From: Rhodanobacter sp.
GTDB lineage: Bacteria > Pseudomonadota > Gammaproteobacteria > Xanthomonadales > Rhodanobacteraceae
Assembly (NCBI GenBank): GCA_035277325.1
Contig: DATEKS010000065.1
Span: 1-59,800 of the forward strand
Length of the DNA stretch: 59,800 bases
Reading direction: 5' to 3'
Shown here: piece by piece, positions 50,801 through 59,800 of the stretch
How the letters are laid out: each line of letters begins with the position of its first letter
How positions within the stretch are numbered: the stretch's first letter is position 1
The notes under the pieces: generated by a model
The model's input: the letters and a program-made list of their open reading frames with translations, nothing else
What the model was told of the DNA's origin: nothing
Database searches by the model: none
Made by a program: the position numbers and the translations under genes

Positions 50801-51341
50801 GATCGGCTTCGGCCTCTACACCGAACTGCTGGACCGTGCCGTGCGCGCGCTGAAGAGCGGCAAGGTGCCCGACTTCGACCTGTCCAGCGAGCACGAGACC
50901 GAAGTCGAACTGCACCTGCCCGCACTGATCCCCGACGACTACCTGCCCGACGTGCACACGCGCCTGACGCTGTACAAGCGCATCGCCAGCGCGCGCAACG
51001 AGGACACGCTGCGCGACCTGCAGGTGGAGATGATCGACCGTTTCGGCCTGCTGCCCGAGCCGACCAAGACCCTGTTCGCGCTGTCCGGGCTCAAGCTGAT
51101 GGCCACGCCGCTGGGCATCCGCAAGCTGGACTTCGGCGCCAACGGCGGACGCATCACCTTCCGCGACAAGCCGGAGGTCGATCCCATGGCGATCATCAAG
51201 CTGATCCAGAAGCTGCCGCGCGTGTACAAGCTGGACGGCCAGGACAAGCTGCGCATCACCCTCGACCTGCCCGGCGCCAGCGAACGCATCCGCAGTGCGC
51301 AGGAAGTGCTAGTGCTGCTGGGGGCGCGGCGGCCCGCGTAA
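47826..51341 (+). CDS. mfd: Transcription-repair coupling factor
   Basis: FPDWETLPYD, VHVDHGVGRY, CGDVGFGKTEVA, DEEQRFG, TATPIPRT, QLRGRVGR, DLEIRGAG. Confidence 0.97.
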   Translation: MPAPIPHPPLPTTPKQRRYWTPPHGSARALLLAEAARSHDGLLVAVTRDTQRASALEDELRIFAGDLPVLHFPDWETLPYDVFSPHPEIVSQRIATLYRLPGVKRGVLVVPVATLMQRIAPRSHITGSGLVVAKGQKFDLATEQRRLEASGYRNVPQVAEPGDFAVRGALIDIYPMGADQPYRIELFDDEVDSIRSFDPETQRSAQTVERVELLPAREFPLTENAAKDFRNALRERFPIDVRRCPLYQDMKEGVTPGGIEYYLPLFFPVKSPHMDVRGVAEDLHTGTATLFDYLADDALFVLGEGAGEASEAFHAQTAERYDQRAHDIERPVLPPAELYLSPEQLREQLNRRLRVEVVESGHAHAVDAGTQPAPELPLNRKGEEPGTSLRHFLENYPGRVLVAADSAGRREALVEMLAGAGLKPAHIDGWQAFLAASAAADAPRFAITIAPLEQGFALTKPALTVLTERELFGERVRTERRKRRGAARDPDAIIRDLTELSVGSPIVHVDHGVGRYQGLLSMELGGMEGEFLVIEYAKGDKLYVPVAQLGLVSRYSGTAPELAPLHSLGGDAWERARRKAAEKVRDVAAELLAIYAQREARGGESLSIDRQLVEEFGASFPFEETPDQEQAIDAVLRDLAAPRAMDRVICGDVGFGKTEVALRAAFAAATAGKQVAVLVPTTLLAQQHYRNFADRFADWPVKVDVLSRFKSTKEVNEALKRLADGQIDVIVGTHKLLQPDIRFKNLGLVVVDEEQRFGVRQKEQLKKLRAEVDLLTMTATPIPRTLNMAMSGLRDLSLITTPPAHRMAVRTFISAWDPATIREAFQRELQRGGQVYFLHNEVESIERTARELEELIPDARIGVAHGQMAERELERVMADFHRQRFNVLVCTTIIETGIDIPTANTIIIDRADRFGLAQLHQLRGRVGRSHHRAYAYLIVPDRKAITADAEKRLEALASLEELGAGFTLATHDLEIRGAGELLGDEQSGQIQEIGFGLYTELLDRAVRALKSGKVPDFDLSSEHETEVELHLPALIPDDYLPDVHTRLTLYKRIASARNEDTLRDLQVEMIDRFGLLPEPTKTLFALSGLKLMATPLGIRKLDFGANGGRITFRDKPEVDPMAIIKLIQKLPRVYKLDGQDKLRITLDLPGASERIRSAQEVLVLLGARRPA
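48627..48683. repeat. Palindromic insertion inside mfd (NGGA-loop family)
   Basis: CCTGTG...CACAGG terminal inverted repeat around CCGCACA-TGGA-TGTGCGG; encodes PVKSPHMDVRGVAEDLHTG. Confidence 0.65.
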
Positions 51342-51528
51342 TCACCTTTCCTGCGCCGGGTGAGACACGGCAGTGTTGGACAATGAGCGCCCTTGCCGGG
51401 GGACTTGCCGGCTGGCGCCGTCCCGGCAAAGCTGTACCAGCGCGCAGCGCGATCCGTATCATTCCGCCTGCCCATAGCAGCCTGTATGGGCGGGAGACAT
51501 GCCGCAACCTGACGCGGGGACCAAGATA

Positions 51529-51807
51529 ATGATGCGATACGCCGCCATTGCCGTTTCGCTGTTCGTAGCCGTGCTCAACGTGCACCTCGCAGCGATCAGA
51601 CCGGTCCACCCCTTGGTGACCATGCGGCGCGGCATCGGCATTCCATGGCTGGAGCAGGTGATCCTGCTGGCAATCCCGAACATCCTCATTTTCATGTCCG
51701 CGAACGAAGACCTCCAGGCCAGCACCCGCTTTCAGCTTGCTGCGGGGGGCTGGATATGGCTACTGGTTCAGGCCGGACTGGCTCTTTACGCCCTCAGCAA
51801 TCCGTGA
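51529..51807 (+). CDS. Small hypothetical membrane protein
   Basis: About 92 aa with three hydrophobic segments; no recognisable motif. Confidence 0.45.
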   Translation: MMRYAAIAVSLFVAVLNVHLAAIRPVHPLVTMRRGIGIPWLEQVILLAIPNILIFMSANEDLQASTRFQLAAGGWIWLLVQAGLALYALSNP

Positions 51808-51973
51808 CGCCGGCTCGTGCCGGGATCAGCCATGGCACGTCCTGCAGGCCGCCCACCGCGAGCTCTTCCTGGTCCTCCAGTGATGCCGCCATGGCCCGTG
51901 TCGTGGCCCTGCCGCGCGGCGTGAGTCAGCGGAGCACCATATCTGCCTGTCCGAAAACACGTCAGGCCGAAAC

Positions 51974-52163
51974 GTGGATGCCACCCTCGAAGGCACCACC
52001 GCCATCGCCTGCCCGCGTTGCGGCCACGCCGGGGGAGGAGCCGATGCCGACGGACACCTACAACATCTACTGCCGCGGGTGCGAGCGTTGCGGCGAGCTG
52101 CTGAAACCGCGGCCCTGCGATTGCCGCGTGCAGGGGCGGCACCCATCCGCCGCATCGATGCAG
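51974..52163 (+). pseudogene. Decayed GDCCVxC-domain (Cys-rich) protein gene
   Basis: IACPRCGHA in one frame, then after a G5 run EEPMPTDTYNIYCRGCERCGELLKPRPCDCRV in another, with GTHP and SMQ remnants. Confidence 0.7.
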
Positions 52164-52185
52164 GTGGGTCGGATCGGAGCCGTGT

Positions 52186-53745
52186 TCAGGAACTGCACGA
52201 GAGCATCGAGCAGCCCGGCTTGTGCCGCGCCCAATCGGGCCGCCTGTGGGCAAAGGCCTCGCGACCTGCCTGCTCGTCGTAAGGATGGCGCAGCACGTCC
52301 AGCAGTTCGTGGATGCCGCCGTCATCGCCCTGCTCCGCGCGCTCGATCGCCTGCTGGGCGAGGTAGTTGCGCAGCACGTAGCGCGGGTTGGCCAAGCGCA
52401 TGCGGGTACGGCGCTCCATGGTGGACAGCGAGTCACTGGCGAGGCGGACGGCATAGCGCGTAAGCCAGTCCACGAAGGCCGGCTCGTTCGCGTGCCGCTT
52501 CGCCTCGTCGTAGAACGCCTCATGCAGAGGCTGCAGTACGGGACACTGCGGATCGAAATCGGCGAGGCCGCGGAACCACAGCGTCATGTCCACCTCGGCC
52601 TCGTGCAGCAGGGCCTGCAGCGATTGCATCAGCGCCACGTCCCCGTCGCGGCATTCGGCAAACCCAAGCTTGGCGGCCGTGCTGGCGCGATCCGCCTCCG
52701 CGTAGACGGCAGCGTAGCGATCCAGCCCCACCTGCAGCGGCGCGATGTCGCCGAACAGCGGCGCCAGTGCCGCGGCAAGACGCGACAGGTTCCACCACGC
52801 CACATTCGGCTGCTGGCCGTAGCGGTAGCGACGGCGCTGCGCGTCGGTGGTGTTCGGCGTCCAGTCCGGATCGTAGTCGTCGATCCAGCCGTAGGGACCG
52901 TAGTCGAGCGTGAGGCCGAGGATGGACATGTTGTCGGTGTTCATCACCCCGTGCACGAAGCCCACGCGCATCCAGTCGGCCATCAATCGCGCGGTGCGCG
53001 CGCAGACCTCGCCAAACCAGTCTCCGTACAGAGGCTCGCCCTGCCCCGTGAGCTCAGGGAAATCACGACGGATGGTGAAGTCCACCAGCTGCCGCAGCAG
53101 CACCGTGTCACCGCGCGACGCGGGCAACTCGAAGCTGCCAAAACGGATGAAGGACGGCGCCGTGCGGCAGACGATGGCGCCCGGCTCCGCCCGCGGATGG
53201 CCGTCGTACAACAGGTCGCGCACCACATCCTCGCCGGTGCCGACCAGGCACAGCGCACGCGTGCTGGGAACGCCGAGGTGATGCATCGCCTCGCTGCACA
53301 GGAATTCGCGGATCGAGGAACGCAGCACCGCGCGTCCGTCCGCACCGCGCGAGTACGGCGTGGGGCCGGCGCCCTTCAGCTGCAGTTCCCAACGTTCGCC
53401 GCTGGCAGTGAGCACCTCGCCCAGCGAGATCGCGCGGCCGTCGCCCAGCTGGCCCGCCCACACGCCGAACTGGTGGCCGCCGTAGTTCGCCGCCCACGGC
53501 TGCATCCCGGGCAGCAACGCGTTACCGGCGAAGACCTGCGCGAAGGCGTCACTGGCGAGCTCCTCGGCGCCGAAGCCGAGTGCCGCGGCCATCTCCGCCG
53601 AATGGGCGAGCAGCCGCGGCGCGGCCACCGGCGTGGGCGTCACCAGCGAATACAGGGCGTCCGCCACTTCGCGCGGGCCGGGTGCGCCGGATGGGTCGCC
53701 AGGGAGTTCGCGGAGGAAGGCGTTGTCGAAGTGCGGCAAGGTCAT
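52186..53745 (-). CDS. selO: Protein adenylyltransferase SelO (YdiU)
   Basis: YGGHQFG...[39 protein letters not shown]-terminal SMLSCSS. Confidence 0.95.
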   Translation of the reverse strand: MTLPHFDNAFLRELPGDPSGAPGPREVADALYSLVTPTPVAAPRLLAHSAEMAAALGFGAEELASDAFAQVFAGNALLPGMQPWAANYGGHQFGVWAGQLGDGRAISLGEVLTASGERWELQLKGAGPTPYSRGADGRAVLRSSIREFLCSEAMHHLGVPSTRALCLVGTGEDVVRDLLYDGHPRAEPGAIVCRTAPSFIRFGSFELPASRGDTVLLRQLVDFTIRRDFPELTGQGEPLYGDWFGEVCARTARLMADWMRVGFVHGVMNTDNMSILGLTLDYGPYGWIDDYDPDWTPNTTDAQRRRYRYGQQPNVAWWNLSRLAAALAPLFGDIAPLQVGLDRYAAVYAEADRASTAAKLGFAECRDGDVALMQSLQALLHEAEVDMTLWFRGLADFDPQCPVLQPLHEAFYDEAKRHANEPAFVDWLTRYAVRLASDSLSTMERRTRMRLANPRYVLRNYLAQQAIERAEQGDDGGIHELLDVLRHPYDEQAGREAFAHRRPDWARHKPGCSMLSCSS

Positions 53746-53800
53746 GCGACGATGGTAGCTCGCTGCATGTGCCGCCCCCATAGCGGAGCTTGTTCTTGAT

Positions 53801-53885
53801 GTCTTGAAAGTGCAGTCCTGCACTTTCAAGACTCGCCAAGTCCGGCCCATGGCCGGACTTGGCTGCGTGCGGGCCATCCATGGCC
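53801..53885. repeat. Cluster of three palindromes (REPIN-like)
   Basis: GTCTTGAAAGTGCAG-TC-CTGCACTTTCAAGAC (53801-53832), GCCAAGTCCGGCC-CAT-GGCCGGACTTGGC (53835-53863), GGCCA-TCCA-TGGCC (53872-53885). Confidence 0.75.
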
Positions 53886-53908
53886 AGCCGGCTGCCGTCG
53901 GCAGCCAG

Positions 53909-54682
53909 TTACTTGGCGGGCTTGCGGAAGCGGTAGACGAACTGGTCGGTATGGCCGCGTATCGACTTGTCGAACACCTTGACGGTGTGGGGATCGGCCG
54001 GGTTGCGCAGGACGTCGCTTTCACCGTCGAACACGAAGCCGGCGCCCTCCACCTCCTTCTTCACCACCGCAGGATCGATGCGATGCAGGGTATCGGTGTC
54101 GGCCAGGCCCGAGCCGGCCGGCGCCACGTGGTCGATCACCACGAACACGCCGCCGGGCTTCAGCGCGTCGAAGACCTGTTTGTCGAACTTCGCCATATCC
54201 ACCGGTCCCATGAACGGGTCGTGGTAGTCGTGGTAGTTCTGCGCGGTGAACACCAGGTCGGCCTTGGCCGGCACGCTGAGCCGGGCGGCGGGCTGCTTGA
54301 GCAGGCTGACATTCTCGTAGTGCGGCGTGGTGATCAGCTGCTGCCAGTTCGCGTAGTCCTTGGCCGAGTACTTCCCCATCTCGTCCGGCCACACGGTGTA
54401 GACGTGGCCCTGCGGACCCACGATTGCGCTGAACACCCGTGTCCAGTAGCCGCTGGAAGGCACCAGCTCGATCACCGTGTCGCCCGGTTTCACCTGGGCG
54501 AAGCTCATCACCGCGGCGATCTTGCGGCGCGCATCGTCATGCCGGTCGGCGGCGCGCGCGGGGTCGTTGATCGCAGCTGTGACGTAGGCGGGCACAGTCT
54601 GGCTGCCGGATGGCGCGGCGGCCATGGCCGGCACAGCGGGAAGGGAGAACACGAGCAGCGCGGCAAGAACGGTCGGACGCAT
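53909..54682 (-). CDS. Exported predicted SAM methyltransferase (COG4798-like)
   Basis: Signal peptide; [44 protein letters not shown]. Confidence 0.82.
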   Translation of the reverse strand: MRPTVLAALLVFSLPAVPAMAAAPSGSQTVPAYVTAAINDPARAADRHDDARRKIAAVMSFAQVKPGDTVIELVPSSGYWTRVFSAIVGPQGHVYTVWPDEMGKYSAKDYANWQQLITTPHYENVSLLKQPAARLSVPAKADLVFTAQNYHDYHDPFMGPVDMAKFDKQVFDALKPGGVFVVIDHVAPAGSGLADTDTLHRIDPAVVKKEVEGAGFVFDGESDVLRNPADPHTVKVFDKSIRGHTDQFVYRFRKPAK

Positions 54683-54766
54683 GACGAACTCCGTTTTTCA
54701 GCGGTGGGGAGGCGCATTGTGCGCCCGATCGGTGCGCGATGCGGCCATGACTTGTGGCGCAGACTC

Positions 54767-55360
54767 TCAGTCCCGCAGGGGCCAGCTAGCCAGCGTGCGG
54801 TAATCGTGCTGTCCAACCACGCTCTGCACCAGCGCGAGTCCGTCCACCCGCCAGTGCACGGGCACTACCTCCGCCTCCGGCAGCACCTCGCGGCCGTAGG
54901 CCAGCGTGACGTGCGGCACGAAGCGGCTCTCCAGCCGCAGCCCCGGCACCGTGCGCAGCAGGGCTTCGCGCCAACGCGCCCATAGTGCCTGCAAAGGCTC
55001 GGGCAGCACGCTGCCGCACAGCACCCGCGGCGGGCGCCGGCCATGGAAGCTGCGCACGCGATCCAGCGTCCAGTCGACGGCTGCGCCGTGCAGCAGGCCG
55101 GCGACACGCTCCGTCGCCGCGACGAGGTCGGGGCGCGGCGACGGGTAGTCGCCCAGGAAATGCAGCGTAGTGTGGTAGCGCAGCGGATCGACCCAGCCGG
55201 AGGATGGCCCCTGCCGTGTGCGCAAGGTGCTCGCCGTCTGCGCCAGCAAGGCACGCACACGCTCGTCCGGCAGCAGCGCCAGGAACAGGCGATGGACGGT
55301 CGCGGCAGGCGCGTGTTCGCCACCGAACAGGTCATGTTGCGATGCGTGAGGGTGGTTCAT
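54767..55360 (-). CDS. 2H phosphoesterase (2'-5' RNA ligase/ThpR-like)
   Basis: RLFLAL; two HxT motifs, YHTTLHFLG and FVPHVTLAY. Confidence 0.85.
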   Translation of the reverse strand: MNHPHASQHDLFGGEHAPAATVHRLFLALLPDERVRALLAQTASTLRTRQGPSSGWVDPLRYHTTLHFLGDYPSPRPDLVAATERVAGLLHGAAVDWTLDRVRSFHGRRPPRVLCGSVLPEPLQALWARWREALLRTVPGLRLESRFVPHVTLAYGREVLPEAEVVPVHWRVDGLALVQSVVGQHDYRTLASWPLRD

Positions 55361-55786
55361 GGGGGCTCGTCACCAGGAATGCGGATTCTGCCCGCCTGCG
55401 ATGCACTTTCCACAATTTGCGCTCGGCAAAGGCCGTTGCGACGGTTCATGCGCCGCAACATGGGATGGCGCGCACAGTCGACTGGCAGTAATTGTGCAAG
55501 CCACGTGAATGCGGTTAGAGTGCACCCGACGGTCGCGCAGGGGCGATCGAGGGGTGAAGCATGCACATGCCGCTGACCCGCTCCGCAGTGGAACGTGGAG
55601 CATTGTGGGTCGCAGGGATGCTCGCCAGGAAGACTTCCGCAGTACCAACGCCGCAACGTCCGCCCGTGACGGCGCCTGCGCTGGTGTCGTGGTGTTCGGA
55701 AACCCATTCGCGCCGCGCCGACGAAGACGCGCGGCGTGCGCAGCTGTGCGGGGCCGACTGAGAGCCAAGCCCGACGGACCGGCTCG

Positions 55787-56653
55787 TCAATGCGCCGGCG
55801 CGGTCGATGGCGGCCCCGCCGTCAGCAGGCCGCGGATCGTGCGCAGCTTCGCCTTGAGCTCGGTCTCGTTGGCCGGGCCCAGCCGCAACATCAGTTTCTG
55901 CCCCACCGACAGCGACTCCAGCGCGGGGTCGACATAGACGTAGCGCCCCTTCTCCAGCTGCAACGCAGGCGGCTGCGCCGGCGTGGGCGCAGCCAGCATG
56001 TCGTCGATCGCCACGATCAGCCGATCGTTGAAATAGCCCTTGGGATAGCCCAGCTCGCGCCAGGCCTGCTGGAACAGCGGGTAGCTGTGCACGTACCACG
56101 CCACCAGCGCCTGCGGATCGGCATGCCGCACGATGGCCATGTAGGGTGCGTAACGCCCGGCGTTGCGCGCGTCGGCGGTGAGGATGCCCTGGGTCTCGCC
56201 GGCCCGGAACGCGCCGCGCGGCGTGCGCAGGGGCAGGATGAAGCTGCTGCCCAGCGCGTGACGCGGCAGTGCGTCGACGGTGGCCACGATGTGGTTCACG
56301 ACGGATTGCGGCAGCAGCAGGTCCTTGAGCCCGTCGCCACCCAGCGTGACCAGTGCCGAACGCACGCTGGCATCGCTGTCGTCCAGCGCCGGCAACGGCG
56401 CGGTGGACGCGGAGGCCGGTATCGCGGCCTGCCCTATCGGATGCCGGATGGCGGGTGCCGGGGCTGGCGCCGCCGTGCCCGCCGCAGCGACCGCAGTGGA
56501 TGCCGGTGCCGGCCCGGTGCCCGCATTCGGCCGAGTGGCGCGCCACGCCACGTAGGCACCCGCCGCGACAATGACCGCCACTACGATCACCGCCGGTATC
56601 CAGCCACTGCTGCCCGATTTGCGCCGGTACGCCACCATCCACCTCCTGGCCAT
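55787..56653 (-). CDS. DUF3014-family protein
   Basis: N-terminal TM; PLFQQAWRELGYP, FNDRL, DPALESLSVGQKLMLRLGP. Confidence 0.82.
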   Translation of the reverse strand: MARRWMVAYRRKSGSSGWIPAVIVVAVIVAAGAYVAWRATRPNAGTGPAPASTAVAAAGTAAPAPAPAIRHPIGQAAIPASASTAPLPALDDSDASVRSALVTLGGDGLKDLLLPQSVVNHIVATVDALPRHALGSSFILPLRTPRGAFRAGETQGILTADARNAGRYAPYMAIVRHADPQALVAWYVHSYPLFQQAWRELGYPKGYFNDRLIVAIDDMLAAPTPAQPPALQLEKGRYVYVDPALESLSVGQKLMLRLGPANETELKAKLRTIRGLLTAGPPSTAPAH

Positions 56654-56712
56654 CGCCTCGATCCAGATTCGACTCGCGCGCGGCCGAATCGTTCAGTGCC
56701 TCGTGGCCACGC

Positions 56713-57470
56713 TCAAACCTTCAACCGGTAGCCGGTCCTGAAAATCCACCACACCGCGGCCAGGCACAGCGCGAGGAAGCCGAGCGTGGCGATGAGGCTG
56801 ATGCCCACGCTGACATCGGCCAGGTCGAAGAAACTCCAGCGGAAGCCGGAGATCAGGTACACCACCGGGTTGAACAGTGTCACCTTCTGCCAGAACGGCG
56901 GCAGCATGTGGATGGAGTAGAAGCTGCCGCCGAGGAAGGTCAGCGGCGTGATCACCATCAGCGGCACCACCTGCAGCTTCTCGAAGTTGTCCGCCCAGAT
57001 GCCGATGATGAAGCCCAGCAGGCTGAAGGTGACCGTGGTGAGCAGCAGGAAGGCCACCATCACCAGCGGGTGCGCGATGGAGTAGTCCACGAACAGGCGC
57101 GCGGTGGCCAGGATGATCAACCCCACGATCACCGCCTTGGTCGCCGCCGCGCCCACATAGCCCAGCACGATCTCCAGGAACGACAGCGGTGCGGAGTGCA
57201 CCTCGTAGATGGTGCCCACGAACTTCGGGAAGTAGATGCCGAACGATGCATTGGAGACGCTCTGCATCAGCAGCGACAGCATCACCAGGCCAGGGATGAT
57301 GAAGGCCCCGTAGCTGACCCCTTCCACGCTGGTGATGCGCGAGCCGATCGCCGAGCCGAACACCACGAAGTACAGCGAGGTGGAAACTACCGGCGAGGCG
57401 ACACTCTGCATCAGGGTGCGCCCGGTGCGCGCCATCTCGAAGCCGTAGATCGCGCGGATGCCGTACCAGT

Positions 57471-57474
<4 letters not shown>
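56713..57474 (-). CDS. ABC-2 transporter permease (YadH-like)
   Basis: [37 protein letters not shown]. Confidence 0.9.
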
Positions 57475-58421
<947 letters not shown>

Positions 58422-58461
58422 GCGTGTCTCCCGTGTCTCGCCGCCTGCCGGTGTATCCGCC

Positions 58462-59679
58462 TCAAGCCTGCTCCACTACCACGCCATCCATGGTGGGCTC
58501 GTCATCGCGTCGCAGCGTAACCCGCGCCAGCAGGAAGGCGATCACCGAGCAGCCGGCGATACCGCCCACCATCGGCAGGGCGGTACCGTCGAGGAAACGC
58601 CCCACCACCGCGATCACCGCCGCGCCGGTGACGAACTGCAGCGTACCCATCAGCGCCGAGGCGGTACCCGCGACCGGGCCGTGGCGATCCAGCGCCAGCA
58701 CCGCCGTGGTCGGGATCACCAGGCCGAGGAAGCCGTAGCCCACGAACAGCAGCGCCATCAGCAGATCCAGCCGGTCAAGGCCCGCAGCAGTCAACGCCAG
58801 CAACAGCAGCATGGTCGCGGCGTAGCCGGCCACCGCCGTGCGTACCACCCGACGCAGGCCGTAGCGTTCGCCCAGCCGCCCGGTGAACTGCGCCGCGCCG
58901 ATGAAGGACACCGCGTTCACCGAGAACGCCAGGCTGTACTGGGTGGGCGTAAGCCCGTAGTGCTCGATCAGCACGAACGAGGAATTGGCCAGGTAGGCGA
59001 AGAAGCTGGAAATGCCGAATGCACCGATGAACACCAGGCCCAGGAATGGCGGATCCTTCAGCAGCGTGCGATACGCCGCCAGCGCCGAGCGCATGCTGCT
59101 TTCCACCCGCTGCGCCGCGCTGCGCGTCTCCTTCAGCACCAGCGTGGCCAATGCCAGGCCCAGCACCGCCGCGCCGGCCACCACCCAGAATATGCCGCGC
59201 CAGCTCGACAGCCGCACCACCAGGCTGCCGGTCAGCGGTGCCAGGATCGGCGACACGCTGAACACCAGCATCAGCAGCGCCATCAGCCGCGCCGCCTCGG
59301 TGCCGGTATGCATGTCGCGCACGATGGCCCGCGGGATCACCATCCCCGCGCAGGCGCCCAGCCCCTGCACGAAGCGGGCGGCGATCAGGGTGTGGATGTC
59401 CGGCGCCAGCGCGCAGCCCACGCTGGCCAGCGCGAACAGGCACAGGCCGAAGTAGATCGGCGGTTTGCGCCCCAGCATGTCCGACACCGGCCCATACACC
59501 AGCTGGCCCACCGCGATCGCCGCGAAGAACGCCATCAGGCTCATCTGCGCCGCATCCACGTCGGTGTGCAGGCCGCGCTGGATGCTGGGCAGCGCGGGCA
59601 GGTACATGTCGATGGCAAACGGGCCGACGGCCGACAGCAGGCCGAGCACCAGCGCCGTACCGAACAGGCGGGACGTCAT
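58462..59679 (-). CDS. Bcr/CflA-family MFS efflux transporter
   Basis: [36 protein letters not shown]. Confidence 0.92.
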   Translation of the reverse strand: MTSRLFGTALVLGLLSAVGPFAIDMYLPALPSIQRGLHTDVDAAQMSLMAFFAAIAVGQLVYGPVSDMLGRKPPIYFGLCLFALASVGCALAPDIHTLIAARFVQGLGACAGMVIPRAIVRDMHTGTEAARLMALLMLVFSVSPILAPLTGSLVVRLSSWRGIFWVVAGAAVLGLALATLVLKETRSAAQRVESSMRSALAAYRTLLKDPPFLGLVFIGAFGISSFFAYLANSSFVLIEHYGLTPTQYSLAFSVNAVSFIGAAQFTGRLGERYGLRRVVRTAVAGYAATMLLLLALTAAGLDRLDLLMALLFVGYGFLGLVIPTTAVLALDRHGPVAGTASALMGTLQFVTGAAVIAVVGRFLDGTALPMVGGIAGCSVIAFLLARVTLRRDDEPTMDGVVVEQA

Positions 59680-59800
59680 GGCAAAACCTCGATGAAGATG
59701 CAGGCGGAGCCGGCTGGACTCCGCAGGTGGCGCCTTGCGCCTGACCGGGGCGGCAATATTAAACCAATGGGTTCTAGAATCAACCCGCCCGGCGCAAAAC

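Noticed and set aside
52186-52200. Selenocysteine read-through at the selO TGA
   Set aside because: The protein already ends in the normal bacterial SCSS with Cys encoded by TGC; TGA is the ordinary stop.
53746-54024. N-terminal extension of SelO in the ORF track
   Set aside because: Spans palindromic repeats and overlaps the upstream gene; SelO-like sequence starts at 53745.
59755-59781. AACC-N4-GGTT palindrome upstream of the Bcr/CflA gene as a TetR operator
   Set aside because: Short and imperfect, and any cognate regulator would lie outside the window.

Overview
GC-rich chromosomal segment of a gammaproteobacterium, probably Xanthomonadales (Rhodanobacteraceae-like; inferred from gene content and repeat types, not verified). 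It is mostly housekeeping and stress genes: an OmpA/MopB-like gene (partial), the 2-methylcitrate genes prpD, prpC, prpB and prpE, ahpCF with an OxyR box, mdh, an aminotransferase, two cyclophilins, typA, an OprB/MnoP-like porin, DUF1800/DUF1501, cycA, a YqjI/YqjH-like pair, an AsmA protein, a copL-copA-copB-cytochrome c copper cluster, rlmJ, trmO, mfd, selO, a 2H phosphoesterase, an ABC pair and a Bcr/CflA exporter. I saw no transposase, integrase, phage genes, tRNA, rRNA or CRISPR array. The less ordinary signals are non-coding or within genes: (1) two different REP-like palindromic repeat families that lie between genes and also in frame inside copA and mfd; (2) an unannotated proline-rich upstream ORF followed by an RBS-sequestering hairpin in front of the porin; (3) a CopL-type leader ending in PPLRPP with a folded anti-SD region before copA; (4) a yybP-ykoY Mn riboswitch-terC unit lying antisense inside the prp cluster; (5) a decayed GDCCVxC-type gene. 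Start codons were adjusted by eye from the ORF track. Family names come from motif recognition, not database searches.
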